From assembly GCA_964291315.2 (NCBI GenBank), contig OZ219753.1, positions 1,088,001-1,152,000 of the forward strand: a DNA stretch of 64,000 nucleotides, written 5' to 3'. Shown piece after piece: positions 27,794 through 38,068 of the stretch. The position numbers and the translations under genes are program-made. The notes below the pieces were generated by a model that saw only the letters and a program-made list of their open reading frames with translations, was not told where the DNA came from and did not search any database. Origin of the DNA: Candidatus Poribacteria bacterium. Lineage in GTDB: Bacteria; Poribacteria; WGA-4E; WGA-3G. The stretch's first letter is position 1; each line of letters begins with the position of its first letter.

Positions 27794-28906
27794 TTATACC
27801 AATACACCACTGCCACGGGCACCAAGCACGTATTCATAAACTTCTTGTACTTTTTGGACGTGTGTTTCAACGCTGAAAGCCCCCTCCGCATATTTTCTTG
27901 CACGTTGCCCCATAGCGGCGCTTTGCCTCCGGTCTGTAGCAAGTTCCATAATCTTGTCTGCAATTTCCTGCGTCGATTCTGGCGGCATGATGTATCCCGT
28001 TACGCCGTGGACAATCATCTCAGATGCGCTCCCTACTGCCGTTCCGAGGACCGGCGTGCCCGCTGCCATCGCTTCCGCAATAACGCTCCCCGCTGAAAGC
28101 GTCACAAGCAGATCAAGCCCTTGCATCACCTCAGGCATATCAGTACGGTGGCCCATGAAGTGGACCGTCCCGTGCAACTGGTACTTCGCTACCAGTTCAT
28201 GGACTTCTCGATTATAGGCACGGTGATCCGGGGTGTCTAGTGCTGCACCTACGATGTAAAACCGAACGCTGCCTGTCTGCGCAGCGACCCTAGCCGCTAT
28301 TTCAATGAACAATTTTTGACGTTTGAAAGGTTCAATCCTGCCTACAATACCAACAACATATTCCGCGGAAGTTGTTTTTAGGGGAGCGGGACGGAAATCC
28401 GATAAATTGACGCAATTCAGTATAACCGCAACCTTGTGAGCGTCAATTCCTGATCGAATAAGCCAGTTTTTGCTCCGCTCCGAGATAGCAACAATGCTGT
28501 CCATCCGATTAAACCTGTATTTCTTCACTTGCGACGAGGTTAGCAGCGTCCGAACATGTGAAATAGCAGGTATTTTCAACCGCTTTCTAAGATGCCATAG
28601 GTACGGGTTGAACCATGAATCGGAGGTGTGGATGAGTTTTGCCTCATGAGCCTCGGCAAGTGCGGCTAATTTTTTCGCCGCACTATACCGCACTAGCAAC
28701 GATTTTGCTTTCCGCCACGACGGGAGACCGAGAACCACCGTTGGAATACCAACACTCCTTAGGTATTCCGCGAAAACACCATCATCAGGACAAACAACAA
28801 GGGGTTGATAGTGTGACCGGTCAATATTCTCCACAAGATGCGCCAGCTGCTTTTCACCGCCGCCGATGCTTGAACCACAATGGCTGAGATACAGGATCGG
28901 AATCAT
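27794..28906 (-). CDS. Glycosyltransferase family 4
   Basis: 'GGGEKQL', 'VGRIEPFKRQ' and 'EAMAAGTPV'. Confidence 0.92.
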   Translation of the reverse strand: MIPILYLSHCGSSIGGGEKQLAHLVENIDRSHYQPLVVCPDDGVFAEYLRSVGIPTVVLGLPSWRKAKSLLVRYSAAKKLAALAEAHEAKLIHTSDSWFNPYLWHLRKRLKIPAISHVRTLLTSSQVKKYRFNRMDSIVAISERSKNWLIRSGIDAHKVAVILNCVNLSDFRPAPLKTTSAEYVVGIVGRIEPFKRQKLFIEIAARVAAQTGSVRFYIVGAALDTPDHRAYNREVHELVAKYQLHGTVHFMGHRTDMPEVMQGLDLLVTLSAGSVIAEAMAAGTPVLGTAVGSASEMIVHGVTGYIMPPESTQEIADKIMELATDRRQSAAMGQRARKYAEGAFSVETHVQKVQEVYEYVLGARGSGVLV

Positions 28907-28943
28907 CTGTGCTTATCGCTACTATAAACAGACTTTTCATGAG

Positions 28944-29939
28944 TTACACGGGGAAGTTGAGATGCTGATCCCGGAAAACCTGGCTGACTGAACGATGCTG
29001 ATGGACCCGCAATATGGCCTCAGAGAGAAGGGGCGCAATAGATAGCACCTTAATTTTCCCACCTAACTGCTTTTCAGCAGGCACAGGGATTGTATTAGTA
29101 GTAACAACCTCACGAATAGACGGATGAGTGATCCGTTCCAACGAAATTCCAACAAGCACAGCATGGGCAACACTTACATAAGCAGGCTCCGCGCCAGCTG
29201 CTGCTAACGCGAGAGCTTGCTGGTAAATGCTACCACCCGTCTGTATTTCATCGTCAATAATGATCGGCGTCTTCCCTTTAACCTCTCCAACAAGCTCTAC
29301 GAATTTAACCGTCTGCCCATCAACACCTGTCCGCCGCTTGTGCATCACAGCCAACGGAAGATGCAGAATATCCGCATATTTTTCCGCTAATTTGACGCGA
29401 CCCGCATCCGGGGCAACGACTACACCGTTTTCAACCCGCCTTTCGCGAAAATAGTTTGTCAAAGTTGTTAAAGCTGTCAAGTGGTCCATGGGGATATCGA
29501 AAAAACCTTGTATCTGGGGAACGTGTAGATCAATAGCCATCACACGACTCGCACCGGCTGTAGTCAAAAGGTTCGCCACAAGCTTCGCGCTGATAGGCTC
29601 ACGACCCGTCGTTTTGTGATCTTGCCGGGAGTACCCAAAATACGGAATAATAGCCGTGATCTGCCGAGCCGAAGCACGTTTCATCGCGTCAATCGCGATG
29701 AGCAGCTCCATAAGATTCTCATTCGCCGGTTGACTCGTTGGCTGCACCACGTAAATATCCGTGCCGCGGATACTTTCCTCAATTTGGACACGAGTCTCAT
29801 CGTTCGGAAATGGACTAATTGAAATCTTACTGAGTTCAACGCCTAAAATCGCAGCGATCTCCTTCGCTAACGCCGGATTCGCGCGCCCAGCAAATAGCCT
29901 GAAATCCGGCCTAATTGATTGGCCAATCGGGGTAGACAT
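28944..29939 (-). CDS. prs: Ribose-phosphate pyrophosphokinase
   Basis: 'PYFGYSRQD', 'DLHVPQIQGFF', 'VVAPDAG' and 'IIDDEIQTGGS'. Confidence 0.96.
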   Translation of the reverse strand: MSTPIGQSIRPDFRLFAGRANPALAKEIAAILGVELSKISISPFPNDETRVQIEESIRGTDIYVVQPTSQPANENLMELLIAIDAMKRASARQITAIIPYFGYSRQDHKTTGREPISAKLVANLLTTAGASRVMAIDLHVPQIQGFFDIPMDHLTALTTLTNYFRERRVENGVVVAPDAGRVKLAEKYADILHLPLAVMHKRRTGVDGQTVKFVELVGEVKGKTPIIIDDEIQTGGSIYQQALALAAAGAEPAYVSVAHAVLVGISLERITHPSIREVVTTNTIPVPAEKQLGGKIKVLSIAPLLSEAILRVHQHRSVSQVFRDQHLNFPV

Positions 29940-30000
29940 GCCAAAACCTCCTTTATTGGACAAAGTTTCTCTTTATTTTGAACCATCTATCTATGCGGTT

Positions 30001-33000
30001 TTATTTTTTAACAAGCTGCGACCCTTCTAAAGGTCCGGGTGTCCCCGAGTCTAAAGACAATGCCGGCAAACGCTTAACAATCGCTACCGTCCGAAGACTG
30101 ACAGTGATAACGCGCGCCACTAAATCCACAATATACCGCGGCGCATCCGCACAATTCGGATCGGTAACCAGCCCGCTCCGACTGTGCGTCTTCACACGAT
30201 ACTGATCTATCACCCACTCCAACGCTGAACGAGTGCCTGACCGATACGCAAACGCCTCGGCTGGAATGCCCTCCAACGTCAAGAACTCGTTATATTTCAA
30301 CTGTGTCTTGTCTTTGGACAACCGCATCTTTTCGACGCGCCAGTTGAGCGGCACCTTGGGGTTCTGCATCAACCTGAGTTTTTCGTATTTCGGTTGAGAT
30401 TCGTAGTTAACGTGGAGGTCTGCGAGTTGTGCGCCTGCGGTAGCGAACGCCCAGAAGTCTGTGGTGAAGAGGATATGCGGCAGATCGCGTTTGAGGTTCG
30501 CCTCGTATCTCTGGCGGTAATCCGGATGATGTAGGAGCCCATAGGTGTAGTGGAAGATGTCCCACTTGCTGATGGTATCGTCCCTGTAGTGAGAGCGGAA
30601 CGTGGATAACGTCCAGTCGGTGATATTTTCGCGGCGGTTGCTCCCGTCTTCGTCATAGGTGTAGAAAGGAAAGCATTGGGTTGGTGATCCAAACCCGCCC
30701 GTTACTACAAGGTTAGGAGTACAAGCAGCCATCAAACAAGTAAAGGGTTTTTCTAGCGTCACGTTGACACAGATTACCCGATTTTCTGATTCAGTTTCTG
30801 GTGTAGGAAAGATAGATGGAAACATAGCAAGCCTGTCGTCCATTGTTTGATCAAAGTAGAGATTTAAAGTCGTAAACGGACGATAAAGTGATGTTCGTAT
30901 TTTCGCCTCTGTAAATACTGTGGTCTGACCCCTCTGTAGTTTCCGCTTTAACGTCGAACTCCACTTGATCTTCGTGGCATCGGAAATCAGAAAATTATCA
31001 ACGTTCGCCTCCCTATTTGTTCCTTGTGTCCAACGCGCCCCCTCTGCGTTGTAATTTTCTATCATCCTGCTTATATTTTCAGTGAGTGCGTCTCGGTTGA
31101 AATTGTAGACCCACGCATCACGATTTGTACTGATACCGAGACTGTAAGTTTTGAAAAGAACACCCTCTGTCTCTCCCGCAGAGGCTTTTGCTGCCTTAGT
31201 CCCCATCGGCGTGAAGGTGTCAAACTCAGGGTCCAGACTTTCTGTCAGCCATGCGTGCCGCGCATCGGGTTCAATGGACCGCCACGCAACACCGCCCACA
31301 TGCTGACATTTATTCAAGAACTCGAACTTCTGCTCTCTATTCCACAACTCATCCGTGCGATAGTAAAAGATACGCGGCTTCTCTGATGACTTGTCTCTAT
31401 TTTTCACGAATAGATTGATACTCACCCCTATCCGAATGTTGAATACATTCGCATGAGAGACCTTTAACCCGCGCTGCACATTCCCGCCTAAGTCGAGAAC
31501 GTAGAGGGCATCGAAGTCTGCCGCAAGGTGTTTTCGCACCCCATCAAACGCGATGCCGTCCAGAAAACTGTTATTCGTTACCAGAGCCACAACGCCCTCC
31601 TCTCCAATACGATCGGATGCCCATCGGATCGCCTTCACATACGGATCGTAGAGGTTATTTGGGGTCTGTGCTGCAGAGTCTTTGACATACGTCTCCGCAA
31701 CTCGTGCGTCCATGAGCGGGTGTTTCCTATTCTTGTTGTTGTCGTTCTCACTCCGCTGCCCGGCGTTATAAGGCGGGTTGCCGATCACTACGAACATGTC
31801 CGCCGACTTCTGCTCCTGCACCCGCTCTGTGTTTTCGCGCGTGAAGAGCTGTCCCTGCTCCTGCTCAAGCAGCTCGAACGTATCCGCCAGCACGATACCC
31901 TCAAACGGCAGATACGCACCCGTCCGACGGAAATACTCCTGCTCAATGTTCAAACTCGCAATGTAATACGGCAAAAGCATCACCTCGTTGCAGTGGAGTT
32001 CCGGTGGATTAGCGGTGTATTTTCGCTCCAGGGAGATCGGATCCAGGGACTGCATCAGCCGCACGATGAAGTTGCCCGTGCCGACAAACGGGTCTATGAT
32101 ATGCACACCGCTATCCGACAACGAACGATCAAACTCGGTTTTCAAAATGTGTTGTACGCTGTTGACCATGAAATCCACGATCGGCTGCGGCGTGTAGACA
32201 ATGCCGTGTGTGTCGGCTGTATCTTCGGAGAACCCTTGAAAGAACTTCTCATAGAACGTATTGAGGAAGCTCTGTTTCTGTGAGAAGTCTTTGCAGAGCA
32301 GTGCCGCTTGCTCAATAGCGGTGTAGAAACGATCTAAAGGTGCCAGAAACACATCCCGACTCACCGCATGCCGCATGAGTGCAGCACTGACATTCTCTAT
32401 CTCAACAGCGATAATGTTCCGATTCGCGAAGTCCGACCGGTTGAAAATCGTGCGGAAGATGCGTTCGGTGAGGATGTGTTGGATCAGCATCTCCTCAACC
32501 GCGTCTTGTGGAAGCTCTGGGTTGATCGCCGTGCGACAGGTCTCATAAAAGTTGGAAAATGCCGATTGGAATGCCGTATCCACCGCGTGCCGCTGGTTAA
32601 TGAGCTCTTTCAACTTGCCTGCGAGAGCGGGCACATGTTCTTTGAAGTCTTTTACAGCTGATTGCCAATTTTCTAGTGCCGGCGGCAGATAAGCGAACAG
32701 ACATTCAAGAGTGGCGATCAGTCCTGGAGCGTTGCGGATGTCGCTGTCTAAGGCGACCCGTCCGTTCTGATACACAATCGCACGCTCCGGGTTCTGAAAC
32801 AGGATGTTGTCGAGTGGATACCCCGCCGCACGTTTCTCCTCAACGGCTTTAGGGAAATCGTCATCTATGTCTTTTGCTTCCCAATAAGCGAGTGGCAGGC
32901 TATATTCATCTAAGATTGCGCCGTCAATCACGATGCGGTTTCCGTTGGGTGCGTGCATCTGATACTGCGGAATGAGCGTCGCTTTCAACTGCCTCGCGCA

Positions 33001-33132
33001 GACGTGCAGGAGTGCCTCGAAGGGAGAGCTCACCGCGCCTTCATGTCTGATGTCGTGGTGGTCGTATGCCTGCAGCGTGGCGTAATAGTCGCGGATCGGC
33101 TTGTGGGTAGGTTTGAGTCTGAGTTTCGGCAT
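30001..33132 (-). CDS. Single-chain restriction-modification enzyme: N6-MTase with a type ISP-like C-terminal specificity domain, no helicase
   Basis: N-terminal 'IDG...WEAKD' nuclease motif; 'GIVYTPQPIVDFM', 'DPFVGTGNF' and 'VIGNPPY'; C-terminal 'IFHYTYGLLHHPDYRQRYEANLKRDLP'. Confidence 0.88.
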   Translation of the reverse strand: MPKLRLKPTHKPIRDYYATLQAYDHHDIRHEGAVSSPFEALLHVCARQLKATLIPQYQMHAPNGNRIVIDGAILDEYSLPLAYWEAKDIDDDFPKAVEEKRAAGYPLDNILFQNPERAIVYQNGRVALDSDIRNAPGLIATLECLFAYLPPALENWQSAVKDFKEHVPALAGKLKELINQRHAVDTAFQSAFSNFYETCRTAINPELPQDAVEEMLIQHILTERIFRTIFNRSDFANRNIIAVEIENVSAALMRHAVSRDVFLAPLDRFYTAIEQAALLCKDFSQKQSFLNTFYEKFFQGFSEDTADTHGIVYTPQPIVDFMVNSVQHILKTEFDRSLSDSGVHIIDPFVGTGNFIVRLMQSLDPISLERKYTANPPELHCNEVMLLPYYIASLNIEQEYFRRTGAYLPFEGIVLADTFELLEQEQGQLFTRENTERVQEQKSADMFVVIGNPPYNAGQRSENDNNKNRKHPLMDARVAETYVKDSAAQTPNNLYDPYVKAIRWASDRIGEEGVVALVTNNSFLDGIAFDGVRKHLAADFDALYVLDLGGNVQRGLKVSHANVFNIRIGVSINLFVKNRDKSSEKPRIFYYRTDELWNREQKFEFLNKCQHVGGVAWRSIEPDARHAWLTESLDPEFDTFTPMGTKAAKASAGETEGVLFKTYSLGISTNRDAWVYNFNRDALTENISRMIENYNAEGARWTQGTNREANVDNFLISDATKIKWSSTLKRKLQRGQTTVFTEAKIRTSLYRPFTTLNLYFDQTMDDRLAMFPSIFPTPETESENRVICVNVTLEKPFTCLMAACTPNLVVTGGFGSPTQCFPFYTYDEDGSNRRENITDWTLSTFRSHYRDDTISKWDIFHYTYGLLHHPDYRQRYEANLKRDLPHILFTTDFWAFATAGAQLADLHVNYESQPKYEKLRLMQNPKVPLNWRVEKMRLSKDKTQLKYNEFLTLEGIPAEAFAYRSGTRSALEWVIDQYRVKTHSRSGLVTDPNCADAPRYIVDLVARVITVSLRTVAIVKRLPALSLDSGTPGPLEGSQLVKK

Positions 33133-33305
33133 ACGAATATCGTAGCAGATCTCGGAATAGAAATCAGCAGAAAAAGCCGTTCTGTTAGGGGCATTCAGTT
33201 GCTGGTAGGATCACCTTAAAACTAAGCAGGCAATCTTTTCAATTCAGCAGACCAAAAGTTTCTCTTTATTCAAAAATGAGCGAAGTATCTATCAAGTTCA
33301 CGGTA

Positions 33306-34928
33306 TTAAGAAATTAACGCTTCGCCAGTCATCTCAGAAGGTTGTGATAAACCAAGCAGACGGAGCGCCGTCGGAGCAATGTCTGCAAGTCTTCCACCTC
33401 TGCGGAGCTGCTCGCCCTTGCGTTGGTTATCAACAACGATGAGATCCACGTCGTAGGTCGTATGAGCCGTATGAATACCGCCAGTTTCAGGATCAATCAT
33501 CTGCTCACAGTTGCCGTGGTCGGCGGTGACAATGAGCGCACCATCCTTTTTAAGTACAGCGTCAACTATTTTTCCTACGCATACATCAACTGTCTCAACC
33601 GCTTTAATCGCAGCTGACAGCGACCCGGTGTGCCCTACCATATCGCCGTTGGCGTAGTTGAGTACCATCAAGTCATATGCGTCGGCGTTGATTCGACGCA
33701 ACATCTCCGATGTCACCCCCGGGGCCGACATCTCTGGCTTCTGATCGTAGGTTGTCACGTCGCGCGGAGAAGCAATGATTTGCCGATCCTCGCCTTCATA
33801 CGGTTCATCCCGGTAGTCGTTAAAAAAGAAGGTCACATGCGGAAACTTCTCAGTCTCTGCACATCGAAATTGCGTTAACCCCGCTTGACTGACGTAAGCG
33901 CCGAGCGTGTTGCGCATTTTGGGCGGCTTTTTGACAGCTGCTTCCACAGGCATCTCTTGCTCATACTCGGTCATTGTAACAAACTTAACGTCAAGTTTGG
34001 AATTCCGTTTAAAACCCATTTCTCGCACAACCCCGTCTTTGCCTTCTGACTGAAATGGGAATTCATCGAGACAAAAAGCTTTGGTGAGCTCCCGCGGGCG
34101 ATCGCCCCGGAAGTTATAAAAAATAACCGCATCGCCATCGGTAATACGCGGTAGCGGTTCACCGTCATTTCCAACAACAACAGACGGGCGCACAAACTCA
34201 TCGCCTTTGCGGTTAGCATCGTCGGGGCTTTGATAATAATAGCGATAGGCATCCGTAGCCGTTTTGACATGCGTGTCACTTCCTTCCGTCAAAAGGCGAT
34301 ACGCCACCTCAACACGCTCCCACCGGTCATCTCTATCCATCGCATAATAGCGTCCGATAACGGAGGCTATCCGCCCAATACCGATCTCTTTCAACTTCCC
34401 TTCGATCCGCTTACAAAACTCGATACCAAGGTCGGGCTGGCAGTCGCGTCCATCACTAAAATTATGAACCAAGACTTGGTTAGTTTTGAGTCCATTCGCT
34501 TTAGCCAGCCTGAGAAGTCCGTAGAGATGCTGCAGTGAACTATGAACTCCTGCATCGCTCGCCAACCCCATGAGATGAAGATGTGTTTTATGTTTTTTGA
34601 CATGAGCAATCGCGTTTAAAAGAACCCTGTTCTGGGCAAACTCGCCCGAACGGATCATAGTGCTGATGCGAAGAAGCTCTTGACTTACGACGCGTCCCGC
34701 ACCGATGTTCTGATGCCCAACCTCACTGTTGCCGATAACACCTGCAGGCAAACCCACATCTTCCCCGGATGTACGAATTTGGACATACGGATAGTGCTGC
34801 CGAAGCCAAGTGTCTATAGGAGTCTTCGCAAGATGAACAGCGTTTGCTCGATTCCACTCCGGATACGGATTATTGCCCCAACCGTCTCGGATGATGATAA
34901 CGACAGGACGTTTCTGTTGGATCGTCAT
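33306..34928 (-). CDS. gpmI: 2,3-bisphosphoglycerate-independent phosphoglycerate mutase
   Basis: 'DGWG', 'GNSEVGHQNIGAGR', 'GRYYAMDRD', 'AETEKFPHVTFFFN' and 'TADHGN'. Confidence 0.97.
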   Translation of the reverse strand: MTIQQKRPVVIIIRDGWGNNPYPEWNRANAVHLAKTPIDTWLRQHYPYVQIRTSGEDVGLPAGVIGNSEVGHQNIGAGRVVSQELLRISTMIRSGEFAQNRVLLNAIAHVKKHKTHLHLMGLASDAGVHSSLQHLYGLLRLAKANGLKTNQVLVHNFSDGRDCQPDLGIEFCKRIEGKLKEIGIGRIASVIGRYYAMDRDDRWERVEVAYRLLTEGSDTHVKTATDAYRYYYQSPDDANRKGDEFVRPSVVVGNDGEPLPRITDGDAVIFYNFRGDRPRELTKAFCLDEFPFQSEGKDGVVREMGFKRNSKLDVKFVTMTEYEQEMPVEAAVKKPPKMRNTLGAYVSQAGLTQFRCAETEKFPHVTFFFNDYRDEPYEGEDRQIIASPRDVTTYDQKPEMSAPGVTSEMLRRINADAYDLMVLNYANGDMVGHTGSLSAAIKAVETVDVCVGKIVDAVLKKDGALIVTADHGNCEQMIDPETGGIHTAHTTYDVDLIVVDNQRKGEQLRRGGRLADIAPTALRLLGLSQPSEMTGEALIS

Positions 34929-34939
34929 GCAAATCCCTT

Positions 34940-35686
34940 CTAAATCTCCTTTATTCTCGCCCACGCTGTGGTGAGTTTTCCACGGGCTTCTACCGCCTGT
35001 GGTGTCTCCATAACCTTTTGGATCTCCGCCTCACTTAGAGTCTTCTCATAGAGCCTAACTTCGTCAATTTTACCGGGAAAGTGATCCGTGGCGTTGCCGA
35101 AATCATCACCGCCAATCCAGAGATCCAAGGCAGACGGAGCGATTAACACACCGTTGGCAGCATCTCCTTCAAGCTTCCCGTTTATGTAAACCTTCAGTGT
35201 CTTTCCATCGAACGTTCCTGCAAAATGATACCACTCACCAACTTTCCAATCAGTTGTCGTCGATTCCGCAAAGGTATTATTCGGTTTAACCAGAAAGTCT
35301 ATACTGTCTTTGTTACCAAAATCAAAGATGACAAAAATAGAATCATTTTTACTCATCAAGCGGCGTCCGGTAACTGAATCGTTTGGGCTGAACCACGCCA
35401 TGAGCGTAATAGACTCCTCAATCGCGAAGGCTGCACTGTCTGCAACAATAACATGATCGTCCGCACCGTCAAATTCGAGCGCGGTTCCAAACTTTCCATC
35501 AACCCACTTCGGATCACCATTAAACTCCCCGTCGTGACCGTTGCCGGAGACATCTGTAGCTTCTTTACCCTTGCCTTCATCAAAGGGCCAATAAGCAACA
35601 AGTCCATCTTTTGCGATGTCGGCAACACTAAGATTAGCAACAATCAGAAATGCAGAAAACAAAAATACAGTGATAACTTTGGGCAT
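34940..35686 (-). CDS. Secreted LamG-like jelly-roll domain protein
   Basis: Signal peptide; 'LVAYWPFDEG', 'WYHFAGTFDG' and 'GKIDEVRLY'; tail 'AVEARGKLTTAWARIK'. Confidence 0.9.
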   Translation of the reverse strand: MPKVITVFLFSAFLIVANLSVADIAKDGLVAYWPFDEGKGKEATDVSGNGHDGEFNGDPKWVDGKFGTALEFDGADDHVIVADSAAFAIEESITLMAWFSPNDSVTGRRLMSKNDSIFVIFDFGNKDSIDFLVKPNNTFAESTTTDWKVGEWYHFAGTFDGKTLKVYINGKLEGDAANGVLIAPSALDLWIGGDDFGNATDHFPGKIDEVRLYEKTLSEAEIQKVMETPQAVEARGKLTTAWARIKEI

Positions 35687-35868
35687 TGCAATTTCTCCTA
35701 TGGAAGATCAAATTCTTAATCTAGAACTTGAGGATTTGTAAATATTATAACATATTTGTGAAAATCAAACGTAGAAAAAACGCGCAAAAAATGAGGATGT
35801 TCAATACTTACTCGCTAGTAAGATGAAATGCCTTTGTGTCCTAGCGGTTTTGGAATGCAACAGTAGTA

Positions 35869-36522
35869 TTAAACAGCGCGCTCAATCGACCAATGCCGAT
35901 CCGTGCTTTGCACAACAACTACCCCCGGCATGTCTACCTGTGTAAGCAACTCACTGATTTCAGCAATTGTAAACGCAGCCAGAAATGAGTCGTAGTATAA
36001 CTTTCGTTGACGAGGAGTGTCATCCGCAGCGTAGAGATCTACAAATGCTTGAGCATCTGCCGGTGTCTCAGGGCGAATGAGATCGCGGATAAGAACAGCA
36101 CCCTTCGGGCGCACAACCCGCCCCATCTCTCTAAGCGCTCTCTCCACATCATGAATGTGATGCACGATACTGTTGGAGATAAGTCCGTCAAAAGTGTTAT
36201 CCGGATACGGCAGATTTTTAGCATCGACAAGTTCGAGGGTTATCCGATCCGTGAGACCAGCATCTTTAATGCGCCGTTTCGCTATTTTTAGCATCTCCTT
36301 GGACAGGTCGATAGCAGTGATGTGGAGCTTCGGACAGCGCTGCGCGAGTAAAATTGGAATTTGCGCCGGCCCCGTGCCGACATCAAGAAAATGTCCACCG
36401 TTCGCACCGAGCGCAACAACTCTCTCTACAAACGCACGATCAACCTCACCGTGCCCCATCGCATCGTAGGCTTCAGCCGTTTCCGCTGTATCCATAACTT
36501 CTAGCTCTGGAATCCTGTCCAT
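35869..36522 (-). CDS. Class I SAM-dependent methyltransferase
   Basis: 'LDVGTGP', 'AIDLS' and 'ISNSIVHH'. Confidence 0.92.
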   Translation of the reverse strand: MDRIPELEVMDTAETAEAYDAMGHGEVDRAFVERVVALGANGGHFLDVGTGPAQIPILLAQRCPKLHITAIDLSKEMLKIAKRRIKDAGLTDRITLELVDAKNLPYPDNTFDGLISNSIVHHIHDVERALREMGRVVRPKGAVLIRDLIRPETPADAQAFVDLYAADDTPRQRKLYYDSFLAAFTIAEISELLTQVDMPGVVVVQSTDRHWSIERAV

Positions 36523-36543
36523 TCTCTTCTACCTCCCTCCTGA

Positions 36544-37350
36544 TCATTTTGATCCAGACAATAATTTTGAAACAGTCAATGCATTCTGACGGATCTGATC
36601 AGGTTGAAATTGAGTGTACATCCCCACAGCCATAGCGTCTGTCGGCTTAATGTTTTCAAGTGCAAGTTGCAGGGCTTCGCGCGGCTCGTTTCTGCCGGCC
36701 GCTAATACCTTAATGGCAATAATCGGTACTGGGATCGCTTGTATCGCCGCAAACGCCGCATAACGATCACTCGCTAGATAGCGCTCTCTATGTCTTGTAT
36801 GATTATACAACGCACACACATAAAAGTCAACCTCATACCCTTCAGTATAGCAATGCTTGAGAACCTGAGGATCATGCGTACCCAGTCCGACTGCACAACC
36901 AAGATCCCGAATCCGTTTGAGACTCTCGCGCAATGAATCGAGGTGCCCTTCCGCATACAACTTATCAGTCGTCCCGCCGTGATGGTAGATCGCAATCGGT
37001 TTATAGCCCGCGACAAACTTTACATATTCGCTAAGGTTCGCATATTCTGTATCTTTGGGTGTCTGAGCAATCCACCGGATTGTGCCGCCCGCGTTCCAAT
37101 ATTCATTGAGGACGCGCATGATGTGCCTATCAGCGCGAGCAAGAACGGTATTAATACCGGTCCCCTCCGCCTCTTGGAGGTCCTCCCTAATTTGGTGCGT
37201 TGTATAGTAATCTATCATGCCCTTTGATACCGCCACAGAGCGATGTGAGATACCACTATACGGATTACCCCCGATAATGAGGCGCGTGACGCGATGTGAC
37301 GAAATAGAAATTGTCGGGAGCTTCATCGGTTTATTCTCTAGCATTAACAT
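36544..37350 (-). CDS. Hypothetical TIM-barrel protein (aldo/keto-reductase-like)
   Basis: 'VTRLIIGGNP', 'GLGTH' and 'IAIKVLAAGR'. Confidence 0.7.
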   Translation of the reverse strand: MLMLENKPMKLPTISISSHRVTRLIIGGNPYSGISHRSVAVSKGMIDYYTTHQIREDLQEAEGTGINTVLARADRHIMRVLNEYWNAGGTIRWIAQTPKDTEYANLSEYVKFVAGYKPIAIYHHGGTTDKLYAEGHLDSLRESLKRIRDLGCAVGLGTHDPQVLKHCYTEGYEVDFYVCALYNHTRHRERYLASDRYAAFAAIQAIPVPIIAIKVLAAGRNEPREALQLALENIKPTDAMAVGMYTQFQPDQIRQNALTVSKLLSGSK

Positions 37351-37372
37351 TCTCAGAGCAGACCGTAGAGAT

Positions 37373-38068
37373 CTAGCCCTTTTTTATTAGCATTTTGTAA
37401 ATTACACCGTTCCGGTGTGTGTAAAACATGATTTCGCAAGTTTCGCTTGTTGCAGCGGATGTTCCCGCTATGTTGTGCAAAACGGTGGCTTGTTGTCCAG
37501 AGGCGATTGCACCGGATTCCGCCGGTAGAAATTCCACTGTGGGTGTCCGCCAAATGTAAATTTTTGAACCAGCCTCGTCTTCTGTTCTTCCATGCGGATT
37601 TCCCCACTCCTGAATCGCCCTTGAGATATGCTTCCTCTTCCAATAGGACTCATCTATAGGCATCTGATACCTTCTCGCGTCGCTTTTGTGGATTATACCA
37701 TTTGGACGGGTATAGAAGACCAGCTCATACAAAACGTTACTCGATGAGAAAGCGTCCGGAAGGCTCGACCGACCCTTGACATGTTCGGACGAAAGATCTT
37801 GGTACGCTTGCCTCAATAGCGGAGTCTGGACAATCATCTGCCAGACGTAAATTTTTGGACCAACCTCTCCGCCCATCATTTCGTGCGGTGACCCCCATTT
37901 CTGAATGGCTTGTGAAATATGCATCTCGTTCCACGATTCCAGAGCTTGATCTATCTCTTTCTCCGGCGACTGTTTCGGGGCGTTCATCAAATATGTCGGT
38001 GCCATACAGCCAACTAACAAAAAACTTGCAATGAACGCAAAATATAGAATGAATCTGAATCTGTTCAT
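37373..38068 (-). CDS. Hypothetical lipoprotein with two copies of a ~75-aa domain
   Basis: Start MNRFRF with lipobox LVGC, overlapping the upstream stop (ATGA); repeats 'W...HIS.AIQ.WG.P...IY.W...FYT..NG.I'. Confidence 0.75.
   Translation of the reverse strand: MNRFRFILYFAFIASFLLVGCMAPTYLMNAPKQSPEKEIDQALESWNEMHISQAIQKWGSPHEMMGGEVGPKIYVWQMIVQTPLLRQAYQDLSSEHVKGRSSLPDAFSSSNVLYELVFYTRPNGIIHKSDARRYQMPIDESYWKRKHISRAIQEWGNPHGRTEDEAGSKIYIWRTPTVEFLPAESGAIASGQQATVLHNIAGTSAATSETCEIMFYTHRNGVIYKMLIKKG

Noticed and set aside
31528-32283. 251-aa plus-strand ORF inside the R-M gene
   Set aside because: Antisense shadow of a GC-rich coding region, with no motifs.
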